From: an uncultured bacterium
Lineage (GTDB): Bacteria; CAIJMQ01
Direction of reading: 5' to 3'
DNA length: 11,268 nucleotides
Assembly (NCBI GenBank): GCA_964573245.1
Contig: CAZNJA010000045.1
Location: 1 to 11,268, forward strand
The position numbers and the translations under genes were made by a program. Numbering within the stretch: position 1 is the stretch's first letter; each line of letters begins with the position of its first letter. The notes beneath the pieces are model-generated. The model searched no databases and was not told the DNA's origin. It worked only from the letters and a program-made list of their open reading frames with translations. Below, piece by piece: positions 1-8,203 of the stretch.

Positions 1-2
1 AT

Positions 3-362
3 GGAGGGAATATTATCATCGGAGACCATTGTAGTATTAATCCCTTTTCTATTCTTTACGGACATGGGGGGCTTGAAATCGGTTCAATGGTCAGAATAGC
101 TGCTCACGTCGTAATCATCCCGGGAAACCATGGTATTGATAATCTTGAAATCCCTATCATGGAACAACCTACTGTCAAAGAAATGATTAAAATTTGTGAT
201 AATGTTTGGATAAGCGCCGGTGTAAAGATATTGGGCGGAGTAACAATTAATTCAGGGGCTGTGATAGCAGCAGGGGCAGTTGTAACAAAAGATGTCCCTA
301 AAAATGCAATTGCTGGCGGTGTCCCAGCAAGAATTTTAAGATTTCGTGGTAAAAAACAATAG
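3..362 (+). CDS. Hexapeptide-repeat (left-handed beta-helix) O-acyl/acetyltransferase, 5'-truncated by the window edge
   Basis: The frame of ORF 87..362 stays open back to base 3 (GGNIIIGDHCSINPFSILYGHGGLEIGS then MVRIAAH), so the ATG at 87 is internal. The C-terminal motifs ICDNVWISAGVKILGGVTINSGAVIAAGAVVTKDV and GVPARILR are typical of maltose/galactoside acetyltransferase-like LbH proteins. Confidence 0.9.
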   Translation, partial: GGNIIIGDHCSINPFSILYGHGGLEIGSMVRIAAHVVIIPGNHGIDNLEIPIMEQPTVKEMIKICDNVWISAGVKILGGVTINSGAVIAAGAVVTKDVPKNAIAGGVPARILRFRGKKQ

Positions 363-384
363 AATTTAAAATTAAGAGCAAGTC

Positions 385-1173
385 ATGAAAAAGTATTTCG
401 ATAAACAAAATAACTGCCTTGTATATATAGGAAAACCGGCGAATCAAAAGATGTGGGAAAAAAGGTGGCAGAATGAAGACATCAAGAAACTCTTTTCACC
501 GCCAATATACTCTAGGGCAGATAAAACCATACTAGATATAACAAAAAAATATATACCTATCGGCTCGAAAATACTTGAGGGAGGTTGTGGTCTTGGAAAT
601 AACGTTTTTTTTCTTAAACAATCGGGATACGAAGTGATAGGCGTAGATTATGCTTCAAAAACTGTTCATCGGGTCAATGAATTCATGCCGGAGATAGACA
701 TCCGGTATGGAAATGTCGAACACCTTGATTTCCCCGATTGTTTTTTCGACGGTTACTGGTCTTTGGGAGTTATCGAACATTTTTATAAAGGATATCAAAA
801 AATAGCGCGCGAAATGTATAGAGTTTTAAAGCCCCGCGGTCACCTTTTCATGACAGTTCCCGCCATGTCAACCCTAAGAAAGCTAAAAGCTGATTTAAGG
901 ATTTTCCCGAATTTCGATGAGAAAAAAACGGATATTTCCAATTTTTATCAATATGCTTTCACGGATAAAGAAATACGGATGGCTTTCCAAGATTTTGGTT
1001 TTGATTTCATTGAAAAACAGAGTTGGAATATTTACAAAGGTTTATCTGATGAAATTCCTGGGAGTCGTTTTCTAATGAGCTTTTTATGCAGGTTTCTATA
1101 TAAACCTACATGGTTTTTATTAAAAAATTTTTGTAATCACATGAACCTTTTCGTCTTTCGTAAAAAAATATGA
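385..1173 (+). CDS. Class I SAM-dependent methyltransferase (probable glycan or sugar modification)
   Basis: 262 aa ORF with motif I ILEGGCGLG, post-I VIGVDY, motif II FPDCFFDGYWSLGVIEH and motif III RVLKPRGHLFMTVP. The substrate is inferred only from context. Confidence 0.88.
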   Translation: MKKYFDKQNNCLVYIGKPANQKMWEKRWQNEDIKKLFSPPIYSRADKTILDITKKYIPIGSKILEGGCGLGNNVFFLKQSGYEVIGVDYASKTVHRVNEFMPEIDIRYGNVEHLDFPDCFFDGYWSLGVIEHFYKGYQKIAREMYRVLKPRGHLFMTVPAMSTLRKLKADLRIFPNFDEKKTDISNFYQYAFTDKEIRMAFQDFGFDFIEKQSWNIYKGLSDEIPGSRFLMSFLCRFLYKPTWFLLKNFCNHMNLFVFRKKI

Positions 1174-2285
1174 ACGAAACGCAACGATCTGTCGTATTGC
1201 TTATAGATGAATTAGGTCCTGGAGGCGCTCCACGGCAAATATGTATGCTTGCGCTTGAATTAGCAAAACGAGGATATCGCGTACAGATAGTATGTTATTA
1301 TCATAGTTCGTGGCATAAGAAATTATTGAGTGATGCGATACCGGTTAAAGTTGTTACCTGGCGTAATAAGATATCTAAGATATGGAATGTGTATCGATTC
1401 TTAAGGGAACAAAAAAGCGAAGTTGTTATTTCTTATTTAAAAGGCCCTAATATTCTTAACATACTTAACAGGTTTCCAAGAAAGGTTTCTAAGATAATAA
1501 TTTCCGAAAGGAATACAGACTCCTATCCAATTTCTTTTAGAAACAAAATTATTTTTTCCCTCTATCGTTTTGCGGATATTATAGTGGTAAATTCAAAAAG
1601 CCAGATGTCCTTGTTACAAAAAAATGCTTCTTACTTGATGCACAAAATTCGCTTGGTGCAGAACTGTGTGGATTTGGAAAAATTCGACTTACGCATTTCT
1701 GCACATAACACAAATAAAAAAAAGATAGTTTTTGGCGTCTTCGCCAGCTATTCCGAACGGAAGCGTCCTCAGGACCTTATTATTGCCGCAGAAAAGATTT
1801 TAAACAAATTGAATGGTATTACCCCTTATTTTATCTGGTGTGGTGAACAAAGGGATCCATCTTCCGGCAAGCTGTATAAAGAATTTGAAAAAGCAAAAAA
1901 TAAATTATCAGAATACAATCTGGGAAATTTTTTTGATTTACGCGGGCCAACAACTGAACCTGAAAAAATAATGCGGGAAATAGACTGTGTATGTCTTGTT
2001 TCGGAGAGAGAAGGATTTCCAAATTCAATATGTGAAGCATTTGCCAGCGGCAAACCGGTTGTTGCAACCCGCGTGGGAGATGTACCATATCTGGTAACCG
2101 AAGGCAAAACAGGTTTCATCGCAGAGCCCAAATCCCCCGGGAGCATAGCTTCCGCATTACTAAAGATGCTATTATTGGATGATTCCAAGAGATTAGAAAT
2201 GGGAAAGGCCGCAAGGCATTTTGCTGAACAGAATCTATCTGCTGAAAGATTTTGTAAACAATACATTGAAATAATTAACAGTTGA
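1170..2285 (+). CDS. GT4-family (GT-B fold) glycosyltransferase
   Basis: 371 aa ORF with N-terminal LGPGGAPRQ, IISERN, and C-terminal E-x7-E motif SEREGFPNSICEAFASGKPVVATRVGD. The start overlaps the previous stop (ATGA, 1170-1173). Confidence 0.92.
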   Translation: MNETQRSVVLLIDELGPGGAPRQICMLALELAKRGYRVQIVCYYHSSWHKKLLSDAIPVKVVTWRNKISKIWNVYRFLREQKSEVVISYLKGPNILNILNRFPRKVSKIIISERNTDSYPISFRNKIIFSLYRFADIIVVNSKSQMSLLQKNASYLMHKIRLVQNCVDLEKFDLRISAHNTNKKKIVFGVFASYSERKRPQDLIIAAEKILNKLNGITPYFIWCGEQRDPSSGKLYKEFEKAKNKLSEYNLGNFFDLRGPTTEPEKIMREIDCVCLVSEREGFPNSICEAFASGKPVVATRVGDVPYLVTEGKTGFIAEPKSPGSIASALLKMLLLDDSKRLEMGKAARHFAEQNLSAERFCKQYIEIINS

Positions 2286-2297
2286 AAGAGAGAGAAA

Positions 2298-3332
2298 ATG
2301 AAGGTTTTTATGCTCCATGTAGGAGATCCCGCAAAAAATACTGCTGGGCCAGAAGGACTATATTTAAAAATGATTTGTTTTAATGACGGGAAGTTAAAAA
2401 GATATTTTAAAAAAGATATTATTAATTCAGTTAGCCAAATGCTCTCAATTAAGAGAGCGAATGTTGATGTTAAGTATGGATTTTTTACTGGAAGAAAATC
2501 ATTAAAAGAATTAATAAAAGCTGGACTTCGTTTACGTAAAGAAATAAAGCATGAAAGCATTGAACTTGTGCATGCCCTTTGGGGTGGGACGACTTCTCTG
2601 ATGGGGGTAGTGTTTTCCCCTGTGCCGGTTGTAATTTCCTTCTGCGGCAGCGACCTTCTTTACGACACGATTATTTCTAGAAATTATATTTCTCATTTTT
2701 TTTCTCAGATATCCGGAGTATTTGCAAAACAAATCATAGTAAAATCAAAACAAATGTATGACTTGCTTTGGCCAAGGAATAGAACCAAATGCACTATTAT
2801 ACCCAATGGAGTAGATATGAATATCTTCTATCCGATAGAAAAAACAGAGGCCAGAAGAAAATTATCTTGGGATATTGATAAAAAGATAATTTTATTTTTC
2901 CCGGGAGGAGGAACAAATATAAAAGATCCAGCACTTGCTGAGGCAACCATATCTTACGTGCAGAAAATAATTCCAGAGACTATAATGGTCAAGGTTGAGA
3001 ATGTAATTCACGAAGACCTTAATTACTATTATAATGCTGTAGATGCGCTTTTATTAACTTCAGTGCATGAGGGGTCAAATAATTCCATAAAAGAAGCTTT
3101 GTGTTGCAATCTCCCGATAGTGGCGGTTAATTGTGGAGATGCCAAAGAACGCTTGCAGGGAGTAAGTCAATGTTATGTGATAAATAACAGATCATATGAA
3201 AGATTAGGAGAATGTTTGATTAAGATATTAAAAGATAAATCACGGAGTAACGGGAGAAACTATATTCAAAATTTGAGCTTAGAAAAAGTAGCGCACAAGG
3301 TAATAGATGTTTATAAAGCAGCTCTTGTATAG
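2298..3332 (+). CDS. GT4-family glycosyltransferase
   Basis: 344 aa ORF with PVVISFCGSDL, IIPNGVD, and E-x7-E motif TSVHEGSNNSIKEALCCNLPIVAVNCGD. Confidence 0.88.
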   Translation: MKVFMLHVGDPAKNTAGPEGLYLKMICFNDGKLKRYFKKDIINSVSQMLSIKRANVDVKYGFFTGRKSLKELIKAGLRLRKEIKHESIELVHALWGGTTSLMGVVFSPVPVVISFCGSDLLYDTIISRNYISHFFSQISGVFAKQIIVKSKQMYDLLWPRNRTKCTIIPNGVDMNIFYPIEKTEARRKLSWDIDKKIILFFPGGGTNIKDPALAEATISYVQKIIPETIMVKVENVIHEDLNYYYNAVDALLLTSVHEGSNNSIKEALCCNLPIVAVNCGDAKERLQGVSQCYVINNRSYERLGECLIKILKDKSRSNGRNYIQNLSLEKVAHKVIDVYKAALV

Positions 3333-3389
3333 TTTGGAAATCTTTAGTATTCCAGAGAGATCAATTAAAACATATAAAACAAACATCAT

Positions 3390-3396
3390 AGGAGAG
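3390..3396 (+). promoter_or_regulatory. Shine-Dalgarno sequence of the amidotransferase gene
   Basis: AGGAGAG at 3390-3396. The AGGAG core ends 7 nt before the ATG at 3402. Confidence 0.7.
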
Positions 3397-3401
3397 AAAA
3401 C

Positions 3402-4535
3402 ATGAATAGGGCTTACCAAATTTGCACCAAATGTATTATGGACACTACAGATATAGAAATACAGTTTGATAAAAACAGCAGATGTAATCATTGCAGGAAA
3501 TATGATGAAAGGGCACAAAAAGAACTGCACCTTGATGCCGGCGGACAAAAAAAGCTCAACCAGCTTGTAAATGAAATCAAAAATAAGGGGAAAAATAAAG
3601 AATATAATTGTATCATCGGTCTTAGCGGCGGCGCAGATAGCACAACGGTTGCTTACATAGTTAAGAAAAAATTGGGACTTAGACCATTAGCTATTACAGT
3701 AAATAATGGATGGAACAGCGAATTAGCAGAAAAGAATATAGAAAATTTAGTAAAAAAACTTAATATAGATTTATATACTCATGTACTTAATTGGGAAGAA
3801 TTCAAAGACGTACAGTTATCTTTCTTAAAAGCATCGGTTGCGAATTGTGAAGCTCCCACTGACCAAGCAATCATATCTCTTCTTTACCATACAGCTGCAA
3901 AAAGAGGAATACCTTATATCATAAGTGGCGGGAATCTGGTAACAGAAGCAATAATGCCCAAAAGTTGGGGATATTGTGCAAGGGATTGGAAACAGATTAA
4001 GAGCATCCATAAAAAATTTGGGAGAATAAAACTGAGAAGTTTTCCTCATCTGACTTTATTTGATTGGGGATATTATACTTTCATAAAAGGAATCAAATTC
4101 ATTCCCATACTAAATTATTTTGCATATGTTAAAAAGGACGCAAAACAACTTATTGAAAAAGAACTTTGTTGGAAGGATTACGGAGCGAAACATTTTGAAT
4201 CCGTATATACCCGTTTCTTCCAAGCTTATATTCTTCCCAAGAAATTCGGGTTCGATAAAAGGAGAGCTCATCTATCTACTCTTATTTGTTCGGGGCAAAT
4301 ATCGCGAGAAGAAGCATTGGAAGAGATGAAAGCTCCTCCCTACCCCTCTCAAGATATGATGGAAGAGGATAAGAGATTGGCACTTAAAAAACTTGAGCTT
4401 ACTGAAAAAGAATTCGAAGATATAATGTCTTTACCTATTAAAACATATAAAGATTATCCTAATAATGATTTTCTATCCAAAAAATTGGCCTTTTTTGCAA
4501 GATTTGCTCATAAAGTAATTACATATAATAAATAA
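3402..4535 (+). CDS. N-acetyl sugar amidotransferase (WbpG/WbuX/PseA family, PP-loop ATPase), probably forming an acetamidino group
   Basis: 377 aa ORF with N-terminal Cys pairs CTKC and CNHC, PP-loop CIIGLSGGADS, GLRPLA-x3-NNGWNSELA, YGAKHFES and FGFDKRRAHLSTLICSGQISREEAL, all characteristic of this family. Confidence 0.92.
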   Translation: MNRAYQICTKCIMDTTDIEIQFDKNSRCNHCRKYDERAQKELHLDAGGQKKLNQLVNEIKNKGKNKEYNCIIGLSGGADSTTVAYIVKKKLGLRPLAITVNNGWNSELAEKNIENLVKKLNIDLYTHVLNWEEFKDVQLSFLKASVANCEAPTDQAIISLLYHTAAKRGIPYIISGGNLVTEAIMPKSWGYCARDWKQIKSIHKKFGRIKLRSFPHLTLFDWGYYTFIKGIKFIPILNYFAYVKKDAKQLIEKELCWKDYGAKHFESVYTRFFQAYILPKKFGFDKRRAHLSTLICSGQISREEALEEMKAPPYPSQDMMEEDKRLALKKLELTEKEFEDIMSLPIKTYKDYPNNDFLSKKLAFFARFAHKVITYNK

Positions 4536-4545
4536 GAGAGAACAA

Positions 4546-5775
4546 ATGAAAATTTGGTATATATCTGCCTATGATGCTCCTGAAGGTGAATCATCAAGGA
4601 CTTATGACTATGCTAAGGAATTGACCTATATGGGGCATCAAGTCACTTTTTTCACTTCAAGTTATAATCACTTTACGCATAAAGAACGACTTAAAAAGAA
4701 AGAGAAATGGCGGGTAGAATGGTTTGGGGGAATCCGTGTAATTTGGTTAAAAACTTTTCCTTATAAAGATAACGGTTTGAAACGAGGAATTAATATGTTA
4801 AGTAATGCTTGGCATGCTTATTGGGTGGGCAGATCCTTAGAAGAAAAACCGGATATTATCTTTGGGCCGTCTGTACCTTTGTTCACTGGATTATCAGCAT
4901 ATTTTCTTTCTTTAAATAAGAAATGTTCCTTCTGCTTTGAAGTTAGAGACATTTGGCCTCAAGCATTGATTGACCTTGGTGTTTTATCAGAAAAAACTCC
5001 GATTACATGGCTATTACGTAAGATTGAGATTTTTCTTTATAGGCGGGCAAACAAGATTATTGCGGCTTTACCTTTTGCGTATAAGCATATTTGCCAATAT
5101 GGAATATCACCTGAACGGGTCATTTGGATTCCAAATGGCGTAAATCTAAAGCGTTTTTCTACTTGTAAAGCATACTCCGGGGGGGGAATAGACTCGTTAG
5201 TTGTGATGTATGTGGGACGGTTTGCTGCTGGACATGGAACTGAGGTTATTTTACAATCAGCGAGAATATTGCAGAAGAATTTCAACTTAAAAATCAAATT
5301 TATTTTTGTGGGAGACGGGCCGGGTAAGATACGGTTTGAACAAAAGATGCAAGAATATGGCATTAAAAATATTGAATTGAGAAAAGCCGTACCAAAAAGT
5401 GAAATCCCACGTGTTTTGGAAAAGGCCGATCTTCTTATCGCCAGTCTTCAAGACATTTCTATTTATCAGTTTGGAATTAATTTGAACAAAATTTATGACT
5501 ATCTTGCTTCAGGACGTCCAATTATATTCGCGGCCAATGCCCCTAATAATCCCATAGCAGACGCAAATGCGGGTATTTCGATTCCTCCCGAAAACTCACA
5601 GGCAATGGTAGAAGCCATCAAGACTATTTTTTCGATGTCACCTGAGAAACGGCGTATTTTGGGAGAAAACGGCAGAAGATATGCCGAAAGACATTATGAT
5701 ATCCGTATACTCGCTAAAAAACTTGAAAACATACTTTTAAAGGAAATCCATGAAACTCGAAGAACGCAAACTTAA
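4546..5775 (+). CDS. GT4 glycosyltransferase, WbuB/Cap5L-like subfamily
   Basis: 409 aa ORF with FEVRDIWPQ (EVRDxWP signature), WIPNGV, VMYVGRF, FVGDGP and NKIYDYLASGRPII (K-x2-D/E-Y-x-A-x-G-x-P). Confidence 0.9.
   Translation: MKIWYISAYDAPEGESSRTYDYAKELTYMGHQVTFFTSSYNHFTHKERLKKKEKWRVEWFGGIRVIWLKTFPYKDNGLKRGINMLSNAWHAYWVGRSLEEKPDIIFGPSVPLFTGLSAYFLSLNKKCSFCFEVRDIWPQALIDLGVLSEKTPITWLLRKIEIFLYRRANKIIAALPFAYKHICQYGISPERVIWIPNGVNLKRFSTCKAYSGGGIDSLVVMYVGRFAAGHGTEVILQSARILQKNFNLKIKFIFVGDGPGKIRFEQKMQEYGIKNIELRKAVPKSEIPRVLEKADLLIASLQDISIYQFGINLNKIYDYLASGRPIIFAANAPNNPIADANAGISIPPENSQAMVEAIKTIFSMSPEKRRILGENGRRYAERHYDIRILAKKLENILLKEIHETRRTQT
5179..5186 (+). repeat. G8 homopolymer tract inside the WbuB-like glycosyltransferase
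   Basis: The sequence tcc ggg ggg gga contains eight consecutive G, encoding Gly-Gly-Gly in frame. It is the longest G or C run I found in the window. Confidence 0.9.
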
Positions 5776-6589
5776 AGAAATAGAACATACTGATTGTCGC
5801 AGGCAAATTGTTACTGGTTATGAATATCAGACTGACACTGCCCAAGACCAGCAAAAGAAGGGTTTTATCACTAATGATAAAGAGTTTCAGAAGTATTTCT
5901 CAAACATGAAGTTTTATAGCATTACACGGTCTAGTACTGCATATAGAGATACAATGCTCTACGAAGGAATAAAGGGATGCACGGTTCTTGATTATTGTTG
6001 TGGTAACGGCGAGGCAAGTATTGGTATTGCCCGAAAAGGTGCTGACAAAATCTATGGAATCGATATTTCCCAAGTGGCTATCAATAATGCAATCAAACTG
6101 GCAGAAAACAGCGGAGTACAGAAACAGTGCGAATTCAAAGTTATGGATGCGGAAAATATGGAATTTGATGAAAACACCTTTGACATTATTCATGAATACG
6201 GAGCACTCCATCACCTTGAACTTGATACAGCACTAAAAGAATTAGCACGCGTTTTGAAACCAGACGGGAAAATCATTTGCACTGAGACACTGCGTCATAA
6301 TCCTATTATTCATTACTATCGCCGAAAGACCCCGCATCTACGAACAAAATGGGAAGCTGAACATATTTTAGGAGTGCCAGAAATTATGTCGGGACGTAAA
6401 TATTTTGAAAAAATCAAAATGCGTTTTTTCCATCTCGCTGCACTCGGGGCAGTCCCTTTCAGGAAAACGCTTCTCTTTAAACCGTTTTTAACATCATTGG
6501 AAACAATAGACGATATATTGACGAGAATTCCATACTTGAAATATATGGCATGGATTGCAGTAATTGTATATTCCAAACCTAAGAAATAA
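5750..6589 (+). CDS. Class I SAM-dependent methyltransferase
   Basis: 279 aa ORF with motif I VLDYCCGNG, IYGIDIS, MDAENMEFDENTFDII, GALHHL and ARVLKPDG. It overlaps the upstream gene by 26 nt, and AAGGA lies just upstream of the ATG. Confidence 0.9.
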   Translation: MKLEERKLKEIEHTDCRRQIVTGYEYQTDTAQDQQKKGFITNDKEFQKYFSNMKFYSITRSSTAYRDTMLYEGIKGCTVLDYCCGNGEASIGIARKGADKIYGIDISQVAINNAIKLAENSGVQKQCEFKVMDAENMEFDENTFDIIHEYGALHHLELDTALKELARVLKPDGKIICTETLRHNPIIHYYRRKTPHLRTKWEAEHILGVPEIMSGRKYFEKIKMRFFHLAALGAVPFRKTLLFKPFLTSLETIDDILTRIPYLKYMAWIAVIVYSKPKK

Positions 6590-6615
6590 TTTTTACATTA
6601 ATTACTTACTTTTAA

Positions 6616-7281
6616 ATGAGAAAACACGAAACCTTTTTTATACAACATTTCTATTCCTATCGGGGAAAGCACTTAATAGACTATTCGCTGGCATTTTTGG
6701 GGATCGTAATTTTCAGTCCGATTTTTTTGGTTATCACAGTGTTAGTAAAGATAAGTTCCCCGGGGCCGATATTTCACAAAGGTATCAGGACAAGTAAAGA
6801 CGGTATCCCTTTTCGCATGTTCAAATTTCGTACCATGGTGGAATATGCAGAAAAAATAGGGGGACCATCCACTGCCCTTAATGACCCTCGTTTAACAAAA
6901 ATCGGCAAATTCCTTAGAACATATAAATTAGACGAACTGCCGCAATTGATCAATATTCTTAAAGGAGAGATGAGCTTCGTTGGCCCAAGGCCTCAAGTTA
7001 AAGAGTATACTCAATTCTATAATAAAGAGGAAAAAATTATTCTTACCGTTCGCCCGGGTATGACGGATTATGCTACTATTAGATATATATATTTAGACAA
7101 GGTTTTAGGCAATAAGGATGTAGATAAGTTATATCGCGAAAAGATTGAACCGGAAAAAAACAAACTAAGAATAAAATACGCAAAAAACTATTCATTTCTC
7201 ATAGATATCAAAATAATTCTTGAGACAATTCAGGCAATAACTAAAGTGATTATATTAAAAGAATGGAATATCGAAAATTAG
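6616..7281 (+). CDS. Small monotopic phosphoglycosyl transferase (bacterial sugar transferase, PglC-like; initiates glycan on polyprenyl phosphate)
   Basis: 221 aa ORF with one N-terminal hydrophobic segment containing Ser-Pro (LAFLGIVIFSPIFLVITVLV), plus FKFRTM, DPRLT, catalytic LDELPQL, GEMSFVGPRP and VRPGMT. The exact start is uncertain because there is no clear SD. Confidence 0.93.
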   Translation: MRKHETFFIQHFYSYRGKHLIDYSLAFLGIVIFSPIFLVITVLVKISSPGPIFHKGIRTSKDGIPFRMFKFRTMVEYAEKIGGPSTALNDPRLTKIGKFLRTYKLDELPQLINILKGEMSFVGPRPQVKEYTQFYNKEEKIILTVRPGMTDYATIRYIYLDKVLGNKDVDKLYREKIEPEKNKLRIKYAKNYSFLIDIKIILETIQAITKVIILKEWNIEN

Positions 7282-8186
7282 GTTTGACAGATTTAAAAAT
7301 TTCCAGGATTGGTTTGGGCTGCTGGGCGATAGGAGGGCATGGCTGGGGTAAAGTCAGAGACAAAGATTCCATTGCTGCAATTCGTCAAGCTATTAAATTA
7401 GGAATTAATTTTTTTGATACAGCCGATGTTTATGGATTCGGACATTCCGAGGAAATTTTAAGTAAAGCTCTGGGCTCTTACAGAAACAAGGTAATTATTG
7501 CAACCAAATTCGGTATAAAATGGGACGAGACAGGGAAAACAACCAAAGATATTAGTCCCAAAAGAGTAATAAAAGCTTTAGATGACAGCCTAAAACGTTT
7601 AAGGATTAATTGTATTCCTCTTTATCAAATCCATTGGCCGGATTTTAAAACACCTATTTACGAAACGATGGAAACTCTGGGAAAATGCCAAAAAGCTGGA
7701 AAAATCAGATATATTGGTTGTTCTAATTTCTCCGTTGATTTAATAAAAGAGGCTCAAAAAGTCTTGCGAATAGAATCGTTGCAGATGCCTTATAATATAA
7801 AAGAACGAGAAATTGAAAAGGAGATTATCCCTTATTGCCAAAAACATAAAATAGGTATTATTACACATAGCACTCTAATTCAGGGTCTTTTCACGGGGAA
7901 ATATGGTAAAAATTCTAAATTTGACCAGAACGATATCCGCAACCGTTATACAAATTGGCAGGGAGAAAAGTTCAACCAGAACTTAAAAATAGTAAAAAAA
8001 TTAAGAGAATTATCTAACCTTTACAATAAAACACCGGCTCAAATTGCTATCCGCTGGGTTTTGGATAATCCTTTTATTACTTGTGCTCTTGCAGGTGTTA
8101 AAAAATCAGAACAAATTAAAGAAAATATAGGTATAATTGATTGGAAACTTTCGGGAGAAGACAGACAAAATCTTGGAAAAATATAA
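7263..8186 (+). CDS. Aldo/keto reductase (NAD(P)H-dependent)
   Basis: 307 aa ORF with IGLGCWAIGG, FFDTADVYG (catalytic Asp and Tyr), IATKFG (Lys), LYQIHWPD (His), GKIRYIGCSNF and QMPYN. It overlaps the PGT gene by 19 nt. Confidence 0.93.
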   Translation: MEYRKLGLTDLKISRIGLGCWAIGGHGWGKVRDKDSIAAIRQAIKLGINFFDTADVYGFGHSEEILSKALGSYRNKVIIATKFGIKWDETGKTTKDISPKRVIKALDDSLKRLRINCIPLYQIHWPDFKTPIYETMETLGKCQKAGKIRYIGCSNFSVDLIKEAQKVLRIESLQMPYNIKEREIEKEIIPYCQKHKIGIITHSTLIQGLFTGKYGKNSKFDQNDIRNRYTNWQGEKFNQNLKIVKKLRELSNLYNKTPAQIAIRWVLDNPFITCALAGVKKSEQIKENIGIIDWKLSGEDRQNLGKI

Positions 8187-8203
8187 TCCAAACAAAATAG
8201 TTT

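Noticed and set aside
87-362. A complete 91 aa protein starting at ATG 87
   Set aside because: The frame is open to the window start and the upstream codons continue the hexapeptide repeats, so the gene begins before the window.
1826-2560. 244 aa minus-strand ORF
   Set aside because: It lies antisense across two well-supported glycosyltransferase genes and has no recognisable motif, so it is most likely a shadow ORF.
605-2703. T8 (605-612), A8 (1716-1723) and T8 (2696-2703) tracts as contingency loci
   Set aside because: A/T runs of 7-8 are frequent in this AT-rich window and all these genes are in frame, so they are not distinguishable from background.
3335-3354. Possible terminator hairpin TGGAA...TTCCA after the second GT4
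   Set aside because: The stem is only 5 bp with a 10 nt loop and no following U-tract, too weak to call.
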